Below are positions 8,301 through 12,869 of a stretch of 12,869 nucleotides of DNA, one piece after another (positions within the stretch are counted from its first letter, which is position 1; each line of letters starts with the position of its first letter). The stretch is from Pedosphaera sp. (GTDB taxonomy: Bacteria > Verrucomicrobiota > Verrucomicrobiia > Limisphaerales > SIBH01): contig JANOQV010000080.1 of the NCBI GenBank assembly GCA_031414955.1, forward strand, positions 1-12,869, read 5' to 3'. Under the pieces are notes generated by a model. It ran no database searches. It had not been told where the DNA came from and saw only the letters and a list, made by a program, of their open reading frames with translations. The translations under genes and the position numbers were made by a program.

Positions 8301-9808
8301 TACGCCACGGCATAACGCAGCGACCCGGGACCTGAGTTCGCGTTATTGACCACCACCGTGCTGGCGTCCTGGAATTCCACCGCGCCGATGTCCGCGAACG
8401 GGCCGGCGGGACGCGGGAAGCCGCGCTGGTCCACTGTGGTGGTGGAGCTGGTGGCGGCATTGATGGCCGGCGAGTTGGGCAAGGGCCGCATGGTGCGCAT
8501 GAGGCCGCCGTAGTTACTCAGCCCGGCCAGTTGCGCCAGCACCGGGAAGCCATTCGTGCCCACGTAGTCCCCGTTGCCATTCGGTGCGCCCACCGGCGCG
8601 ACCGCTTGGTAAAAGGACGGTTGCACTCCGATGATATTGTTCCCCGAACGAGTCAGCGTGCCACCGGCTCCGCCGATGTCCTCCCCGCCGAGATTATCCG
8701 GATTGCCGGCGATGATCGTGTTCTGGAGGGCGAGCGTGGCGCTGGATTCAAGCACGACTCCGCCGCTGCCGCCCGTGCCGGTGTTGCCAGAGACCGTGCA
8801 ATGAACCAGCGACGCGGCGGTGCTGTTCCTGAGCAAAAGGGCGCCCCCGAAGGCCGCCGTGTTTCCGGAGACCGTGCAGTTGTTCATGATGAGTTCGGAA
8901 CCGACGAACTGGCAGAAAATGCCGCCGCCGCCGGAAGCGGCGGAGTTGCTCGACACTGTGCAGGCGGTCAAGGTCAGCGACCCTCCGTTGAAAATGGCCC
9001 CGCCGTTGCCGTTTTCAATCCCGCTGCCGCCATTGCCGCCGGTGAGCGTGAGATGGCGCAGCACATTGGTCGTGCCGCCGAGGATGGTGAAGATGCGGTT
9101 GGCCCCCGGCCCGCCATCCAAGGTGAGTCCGCCGGGAAGGTTGGAGGCATCGAGGATGACCCCGGAGCCGAGGGCGATTTCGTTGGTGAGAGTGATGGTC
9201 GCGCCAGAGAGGTTGGGGGCAAAAGCGATGGCGCAGGGACTGCCATTGGTGCCCAGATCGAGCGCGGCCTGCCGGAGCGAGCCGGGGCCGCCGTCGAGGT
9301 TGGTGGTGACGGTGATGAGCGCTGGGACGAGGAAGCCGCGGGCTTCGCCGCCGCCGTTGTTGACCGTGTGGACATTCACGTAGTAGCGCCCGGCGAGCAG
9401 TTCCACGGCCTGCCCCGCGGTGAGCGTCACGTTGGTAACGATGGAGCCGGCGCTCGCCGAGTTGGACAGGCGCGGCAAATTGATCAGCACCCCGGCCGTC
9501 TGACTGAACGCCGCGATGCCGGAACCCGCCGTGGGTCCATGAATATGGGAGTTGTTCGCCGCGCTGCTCAGGTTGCTGAAACCATTGGCCGAACCCCAGC
9601 CGACATTGATGGAGAGCACGCGGGTGACGTCATCAAAGGTGATGCCCGCGCCGATCTCGCCACCGGTGCCGCCGATGATGGCGCCCGGCTCATTGGTGGC
9701 GAGCAGACCGGCGCCTCCGCGCCCGAGGAGATTGAATTGCACGACACCGGCCGAAGCCGACGTGACAAAGGCGCAAGCGAGCAGGGCGAGGAGTTTGATG
9801 AATTTCAT
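2378..9808 (-). CDS. Giant secreted/surface protein: signal peptide, CHRD, six beta-helix/choice-of-anchor-Q (CSLREA-like) modules, jelly-roll / Ig-like / jelly-roll domains, C-terminal FWRL tail
   Basis: 7.4-kb ORF. Sec-type signal MKFIKLLALLACAFVTSASA (ATG 9808; alternative GTG 9814). CHRD motifs HIHGP and GRYYVNVHT..GGGEARG (~9323-9748). Six copies of YGG.T.T..P.PGSP.....DQRGF.R.....DIG.VE, with GGAI/GGGI beta-helix repeats. Two W(K/R)YL.DGSDQG...DDG...YLNG.EI domains and an Ig-like PVITVTSP...DPEGTVTNVDFYVDG segment. Confidence 0.93.
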   Translation of the reverse strand: MKFIKLLALLACAFVTSASAGVVQFNLLGRGGAGLLATNEPGAIIGGTGGEIGAGITFDDVTRVLSINVGWGSANGFSNLSSAANNSHIHGPTAGSGIAAFSQTAGVLINLPRLSNSASAGSIVTNVTLTAGQAVELLAGRYYVNVHTVNNGGGEARGFLVPALITVTTNLDGGPGSLRQAALDLGTNGSPCAIAFAPNLSGATITLTNEIALGSGVILDASNLPGGLTLDGGPGANRIFTILGGTTNVLRHLTLTGGNGGSGIENGNGGAIFNGGSLTLTACTVSSNSAASGGGGIFCQFVGSELIMNNCTVSGNTAAFGGALLLRNSTAASLVHCTVSGNTGTGGSGGVVLESSATLALQNTIIAGNPDNLGGEDIGGAGGTLTRSGNNIIGVQPSFYQAVAPVGAPNGNGDYVGTNGFPVLAQLAGLSNYGGLMRTMRPLPNSPAINAATSSTTTVDQRGFPRPAGPFADIGAVEFQDASTVVVNNANSGPGSLRYAVAYCPVGSTITFTNTLSGQTIQFLSEIALTKNLTIDASGLAGGVTLRGKADQGASGNFRLFNVTGAGDLTLRNLTLAYGGGTALSGNGGAIYAESPVTLTGCTLTGNYSPNNGGAIFNNTAAATISLVNCTLTANTCAAAFGGAIANDSGSVAVSHCTIVSNSAPAAGNGAGGGIFSYLGAVAVTNSIVAGNTSTTGGADIHNSGTLTFAGSNLVQSINSGYSGPAPISAAPLLAALGNYGGPTATMRPLPGSPAIDGCTGGTSFPTDQRGFPRIAGSFADIGAVEFQDASPVVLNNNDSGPGSLRDAVAYCPVGSTITFTNTLSGQTILLTSGELSLRKSLVIDASSLPNGIIVDAGNASRVFNVLLGRINVLTGLTLKNGLADRGGAVFNLGNLTLNRCTVAGSSATGVGVGGGGLYNEGVLTLNDSTVSGNSASGYGGGIENYAGMLTLNQSTVSGNACDGDGGGGVDIQDGTVSVNQSTVTGNSSSSANGVGGVVKFSGIGTLTIYNSIVAGNSAPVHPDIAFATGTFTALGNNFTNGNPLLAPLGHYGGPTPTCLPLPGSPVIDGCTSGTSFTNVDQRGFFRLVGAFVDIGSVESGHAIPGSTVVTSTNDAIDGLDVNGVSLREAITFSAPSSTITFATNLSGQTILLTNGQLTLDKSLTIDASMLPNGITINGNQASRIFEVATNATVALNSLTISNGYAPGGYPANIGAGIYNLGTLVVNRCTLAGNWAAGGGGGIMNWEGTLTVNQCTFKGNSADGGGAIATVRGLALTVNQCTLSGNTATGVYPDGLGADIFCYVTPQTNINSIASDVFNNQGGLTLLGMNLIQTYGEYGNPTPVNPAPLTNSPLLAPLANYGGPTPTMPPLPGSPAIDAGGATSFTTDQRGFIRSLGAGVDIGSVESGHAIPGSTVVTSTNDAIDGLDVNGVSLREAIAFSASSSTITFATNLSGQTILLTNGQLTLDKSLTIDASALAGGITLDGNGGASRIFTVAGGTTNALVSLRLVNGYAGGGAYGYGGAIYCASGSALSISRATLHNNSSAAGGAIYCDGATSLTMSQCTLTTNSAINAGAIGSYGTLTILQCTVAGNSAGNGGGIYNLGTLALTNSIVAGNSPNNFAGNPVAGSNNLTTGDPSLAPLGNYGGPTPTMPPLPGSPAIDAGGATSFTTDQRGFARLVGPFADIGAVEFQDASPVVVNYADSGPGSLRYAVTYCPVGSTITFDPSLSGQTIGLTNGQITLNRSLSIDGSGLANGIAINGNNASRIFEVNSGSTVVLTALTIVNGTNANVGGGVYNNSGASLTLNKCTLAGNSSGVDGGGIYNNSNSTLTVIQCTLAGNGALYGGGLYNYLPGGTLTVDQSTISGNAAVFDGGGIYNWGTLNLHNSIVAGNTPNQIINRTTLNSTGANLNSGDPLLAPLGNYGGPTPTMPPMPGSPAVDAAAATSFLTDQRGFPRTIGAGPDIGAVEGSAPPTRLLAEGGPWKYLADGSDQGTAWRGTNFNDSAWSTGVARLGFGGDGEVTAIANAASNFVTFYFRQTFNVANAVAVTNLFGQIQVDDGVILYLNGTEIYRRNMTNAEATLNYRSLASATVNAANEQTFWTFSTNSLALVNGVNVLAAEVHQAATNSSDLGFNLDLVGNYFGILPPVITVTSPTNTVPYNAGGLPLLVTARDPEGTVTNVDFYVDGLMISRVTNAPFTGLWTGVSLGAHYVQAVATDDTGLSAVSQNQPFTVILPSVLTTLVNSNSTWRYLDDGSDQGTLWRTNAYNDAGWSNGVAELGYGDGPALPEATVIRSTGTNGQRIITTYFRKGFSVADPARYSNLVVRLRRDDGGVVYLNGVEIFRSNMTNGSGVPVLFTNLALNATDEVSFFSGSTNASLLRAGDNLVAVEIHQTTAASSDVSFDLQLQAESGPQLFISQGGGMVNLNWLPIVPGLELQYAPTPSGPWTAAPSQLNPQSFTTSPADLPVFWRLAVP
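4785..5722. repeat. Intragenic perfect 83-nt direct repeat (4785-4867 and 5640-5722)
   Basis: Identical sequence encoding GPTPTMPPLPGSPAIDAGGATSFTTDQR, offset 855 nt (in frame). Confidence 0.9.
5388..6533. repeat. Intragenic 225-nt direct repeat (5388-5612 and 6309-6533)
   Basis: Manual alignment gives 220/225 identical, offset 921 nt (in frame). Encodes the VDIGSVESGHAIPGS...SLREAI...LDKSLTID junction. Confidence 0.9.
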
Positions 9809-9926
9809 AAACACATTGGTTCGTTCACTAAGTTCTTTCGCGGAAACCCGCCGGTTGTTTCAAAGAAAGTGAAAAAAGTTTTAGGAGCAGGAAACGAGGT
9901 GTCCCGCTGCCGGATCGGGGAGGTGG

Positions 9927-9949
9927 GTTTTGTCGCGCTGCGACAAAAC
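9927..9949. promoter_or_regulatory. Perfect 10-bp palindrome in the divergent intergenic region (operator or REP-derived hairpin)
   Basis: gttttgtcgc-gct-gcgacaaaac. The function is inferred only. Confidence 0.4.
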
Positions 9950-10013
9950 AAGCCCGCGTCCAGCGAGCGGCCGGCGGTCGAGGCTAAACACGGAGGGCGG
10001 GGAATGGATGATG

Positions 10014-10042
10014 TTTACGCACGAACGCCCCCGTGCTACATC
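10014..10042 (+). promoter_or_regulatory. Possible sigma70-like promoter giving a leaderless transcript
   Basis: TTTACG (10014-10019), 17-nt spacer, extended TG-n-TACATC (10034-10042), then ATG at 10049. The -10 match is imperfect (no final T). Confidence 0.3.
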
Positions 10043-10048
10043 ACCGGC

Positions 10049-10279
10049 ATGATTCAGCCGGAAGAACTGGTGGGCGGGGAATGGGCCGAGTGGTACCGGC
10101 TCACGCCAGTCCAGCGCTGGCTGGAAAGCGAGAAACTCTGGCAAACCTATCTCGCACTCGGAGGCTCACTTGATCCCGAACCCGATACGCAAAGTCCTTT
10201 CTTCGATGCGCGCGCACCGCGTCCGCGCCCTGCTCATGGGCGGACAGGCGTGCGTGTTTTACGGCGCGGCCGAGTTTAG
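10049..10279 (+). CDS. Small hypothetical protein (76 aa), putative partner/antitoxin of the downstream nucleotidyltransferase
   Basis: This is the 3' end of the long 8531..10279 shadow ORF. It reads MIQPEELVGGEWAEWYRLTPVQRWLESEKLWQTYLALGGSLDPEPDTQSPFF, is protein-like and Trp-rich, and fills otherwise empty space. Alternative ATG at 10004 has GGAGG at 9992-9996. Confidence 0.7.
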   Translation: MIQPEELVGGEWAEWYRLTPVQRWLESEKLWQTYLALGGSLDPEPDTQSPFFDARAPRPRPAHGRTGVRVLRRGRV

Positions 10280-10916
10280 CCGGGACACCGACCTCGCCAT
10301 CGTTGCTGACGCGGTCAACCTCGCGCGACTGCGAAAGACGCTGGCCGAGTTACAGGCTGAGGTCATCGCCGTTCCGCCTTTCGAGTTGAAATACCTGCGG
10401 CGCGGGCACGCCATCCACTTTCGTTGCCAGCATCCCGAGGCGCTGCGGATGCGGGTGGACGTGATGTCCCGAATGCGCGGCGTGGAGACGTTTCCGAGAC
10501 TGTGGAAGCGGCGCACCACCCTCGAACTGCCGGACGGCACGCGCTGTGATCTGCTTTCGCTACCCGACCTGGTGCAGGCGAAGAAAACGCAGCGGGACAA
10601 GGACTGGCCGATGATCCGACGGCTGGTAGAGGCGCACTATTTTCAGCACCGCACCCGGCCCGCACCCGCGCAAATCCGCTTCTGGCTCCAGGAACTCCGC
10701 ACGTCGGAGTTGCTTCTGGACGTCGCCCGGAGCCACCCCGCGCCTTGCCGGCGGCTGGCGGCCAAGCGCCCTCTGCTCGCCCACGCTGCGGGGGGGCAGG
10801 TTCGGAAACTGGAGCAGGCGCTGGCCGCTGAAGAAACGGCGGAGCGCGAGTTGGACAGGGATTACTGGCGTCCGCTGCGGGCGGAATTGGAGCGGCTGCG
10901 CCACGGCCCCAAGTGA
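10170..10916 (+). CDS. Pol-beta-superfamily nucleotidyltransferase-like protein (AbiEii/DUF6036-like), 248 aa
   Basis: N-terminal LLMGGQACVFYG...FSRDTDL (GG + DxD), a third Asp in MRVDVM, and DLVQAKKTQRDKDWPMIRRL (K..R.KD motif). TTG start with GGAGG at 10160-10164. Confidence 0.8.
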   Translation: MIPNPIRKVLSSMRAHRVRALLMGGQACVFYGAAEFSRDTDLAIVADAVNLARLRKTLAELQAEVIAVPPFELKYLRRGHAIHFRCQHPEALRMRVDVMSRMRGVETFPRLWKRRTTLELPDGTRCDLLSLPDLVQAKKTQRDKDWPMIRRLVEAHYFQHRTRPAPAQIRFWLQELRTSELLLDVARSHPAPCRRLAAKRPLLAHAAGGQVRKLEQALAAEETAERELDRDYWRPLRAELERLRHGPK

Positions 10917-10935
10917 CAGATTTCTCCGCGGGCAC

Positions 10936-10956
10936 CGCGCCGCTCTGCGCGGCGCG
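10936..10956. terminator. GC-rich hairpin between convergent genes
   Basis: cgcgccgc-tctgc-gcggcgcg, 8-bp stem. There is no U-tract on either strand. Confidence 0.25.
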
Positions 10957-10982
10957 ACCAGATCCACCCCATGGAAACTGCC

Positions 10983-12334
10983 TCACCGCTCCAAGAGACA
11001 ATCCGGCCGCGCCAACTCGAAGGCCGCGCTGCCCTCGGGCGTGACGCGCGTGCTGGCCACGGTCAGAGAGCGCAGGCTCGGCATCGTCGCGAGCTTCGCC
11101 AGTCCGGCGTCGGTCAGCGGGCAGCCTCTCAAGTGCAGTTTGGCAAGATGGGTCAGCGTGGTGGAGATCGCGGCGGCGGCCGCGTCGCCAAACGGCGTGT
11201 CGTTCGCGTTGAGTTCCCGCAAGCCGCCCAGCCTGGGCAGTCCCTCGGCCAGTCCTCCGGCCGTCAGGCGCTGGGAGTGTTCCAGGCTCAACGACCGCAA
11301 GGCATGTGCCCTGGCCAAGGATCGCAGCGCGATGTCGGTAATGCGCGTATCGCTCACGACCAGGCGATCCAGCTTCGGGCCGCCGGCCAGCGCCTCCACG
11401 GCGGCGTCTTCCAGCCCGGTGAAATAGAACTCGCCAACCTTCAAGGAAGGGAGCCACGCGGCGTTGGCGAACCCCCAGCCGGACAGGCGCGGAGCGTGAG
11501 CCAGCTTGAGATTCTCCAGCCGCTTCGGCCCGTAAATGTATTTCGCCATGCTCACCATGCCATCCGAAAGCCCTTCGCTCCCGTCAATTTGCAGGCGGTC
11601 GAGCTGGGTATTTTGTGCGAGAAAGGCGAAGCCCTCATCCGCCCGTCCGGGGAGCGTTTGCATGAAGACCGAGCGCAGCGTTGTGACGGAGCTGAGCACC
11701 TGGAATTCCCCGGCCGGCGGCACGGGCAAGTCGGAGGCCCACCGGTTAAACTCCAGGCCGGTAATTTGGAAGTCCTGCGCCGGGATGTCCTGTTCCCGCT
11801 TCACCTCGATCGTCCGGCCCGCCGTGGTGATCGTGAATTGCAATTGGTTCTTCGCCATCCACTGCGCGGCGGCGCGCACGGCGGGGAGGTCGGTTGGAGC
11901 AGGCATGGTGGGAGAGAATGCCGCTCGCGGCTTCGTGCCGGGTGCGACCGTGCCTTCCACCGCGCCGAGGTCGGGCGCGGGAAACCTCGCTGGTCGTTGG
12001 TGAACACGGAACTGATGGCGGCGTCGAGGGCCGGGCTGCCGGGCAGCGGCGGCATGGTGGCAGTAAGGCCGCCGTAGCGTCCCAAGGGGGCCAGGTGCGG
12101 GTCGCCGCTGGTCAGGTTGGCACCACGAAAGTTGTTCGGCGTGATGACTTCATCCGCATCGCGGTTGCCCGCGACGATGGAATTACCAAAGGTCAGCTCG
12201 GATTCGAACAGCCCGATCCCACCGGCCCATTCTTTGTCGCAGGAGTTGGCCGTAACGGTGCAATGGTTCAGATCGATTCGGCCGCGATGGCCCCGGATGC
12301 CGCCCGACTTGTTCGCCCGATTGTTCGCGACCGT
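10983..12334 (-). pseudogene. Disrupted gene: truncated choice-of-anchor-Q module frameshifted into a C-terminal leucine-rich-repeat domain
   Basis: 12334-~11976 encodes ...HCTVTANS...NSIVAGN...GANLTSGDPHLAPLGRYGGLTATMPPLPGSPALDAA...DQRGFPR. The expected continuation DLGAVEG lies in the frame of ORF 10983..11960, which carries LRRs (LDRLVVSDTRITDIALRSL; LAKLHLRGCPLTDAGLAKL; LRSLTVASTRVTPEG). The original 5' end is replaced by IS110 sequence. Confidence 0.8.
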
Positions 12335-12634
12335 GGCGGGCGGCTGGCTGGCCCGGCCGTAGGCGCTCAGGACGGGAGCGTCGATGGGATCGGTTTTGGC
12401 GCGCTGACCCAGGGCGCGAGCGAAGTGGCGCCCGCGCGCGGCGGCTTTTTCATAACCGCCGGTGGCTTCGCACACGATCTGGGCGGTGGGATGCTTGCGC
12501 AGGAGCTTGAGCAACTGCGCGTGGCCCTTGGGATCATTGGTGAGGGAGTGAGGCTGACCGGCCAGATCGAGTTGCAAGGAAGCTTTGGCAACGACGAGGC
12601 CGACGTAGAGGATGGACGTGTTGTTCTGACTCAT
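12335..12634 (-). mobile_element. IS110-family DEDD recombinase/transposase N-terminal remnant (inactive)
   Basis: YVGLVVAK (consensus GxDxxK, with Asp replaced by Val, codon GTC), CEATGGYE, FARALGQRAKTDPIDA.VL..YG...QP. The segment between YEK and RHFARA is short (the usual V.VVNP stretch is missing) and the C-terminal domains are absent. Confidence 0.88.
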
Positions 12635-12790
12635 ACTTGTCTGGATACGAGCCGAGCCGGCAGCAAGCTGACCCGCTCAAGCAACGGTTCGAGTTTGGAC
12701 CAACGAGCGAACGCGGAACGGGCTTTCGGACGCAGCGCCACTGGGCCTGCCAGGCATTCACGTTCCCGCGTTCGCCGCCGTGCGTACCCC
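12622..12790 (-). ncRNA. Candidate IS110 bridge RNA in the non-coding end upstream of the recombinase
   Basis: A 14-bp stem with one bulge (12707-12720 / 12761-12775) encloses an internal loop and an apical hairpin. A second internal-loop structure spans ~12622-12705. Both left loop strands end in CT and both right strands end in AG. The 5' boundary is uncertain. Confidence 0.65.
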
Positions 12791-12869
12791 AGGAGGGGGG
12801 GGGGCGGGCCCCACATACGGTTTTGGGTGGGGCCCAAAAGGAAGTTTGGAAGAGGAATAACACGGGGGG

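Noticed and set aside
2255..10048. Long + strand ORFs (2255..3130, 3176..4279, 4304..5125, 5969..7822, 5' part of 8531..10279)
   Set aside because: They are antisense shadows of the GC-rich giant gene with no recognisable motifs. Only the last 76-91 codons of 8531..10279 look real.
10363..12077. ORFs 10363..11457(-) and 10971..12077(+)
   Set aside because: Off-frame or antisense shadows of the NTase and LRR genes.
12791..12869. IS110 left-end junction or terminator at the 9-bp hairpin 12806-12835
   Set aside because: The expected junction (TGAATGC-CT-TGT on the minus strand) is not recognisable, and the hairpin lacks a downstream U-tract on either strand. A 10-G run and low complexity suggest unreliable sequence at the window end.

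Overview
High-GC window whose gene and repeat style suggests Verrucomicrobiota/PVC (inference). Left to right: (1) the 3' part of a GAF-domain histidine kinase; (2) a nested REP/REPIN-like palindrome; (3) a DUF554 membrane protein; (4) a second small hairpin cluster; (5) a ~2,476-aa secreted protein (signal peptide, CHRD, six tandem beta-helix/choice-of-anchor-Q modules with shared junctions, two jelly-roll domains around an Ig-like domain, C-terminal FWRL tail); (6) a divergent pair of overlapping genes, a small protein plus a pol-beta-type nucleotidyltransferase (TA-like); (7) a broken choice-of-anchor-Q + LRR gene; (8) a decayed IS110 recombinase fragment fused in frame to that gene. The most notable signal is the non-coding region just upstream of the IS110 fragment. 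It folds like a bridge RNA, with two internal loops from which a target (TGAATGC-CT-TTCGG) and a donor (ACCGTTG-CT-TGTCT) can be read, both with the same CT core. All domain calls come from motif recognition by eye, with no database searches.
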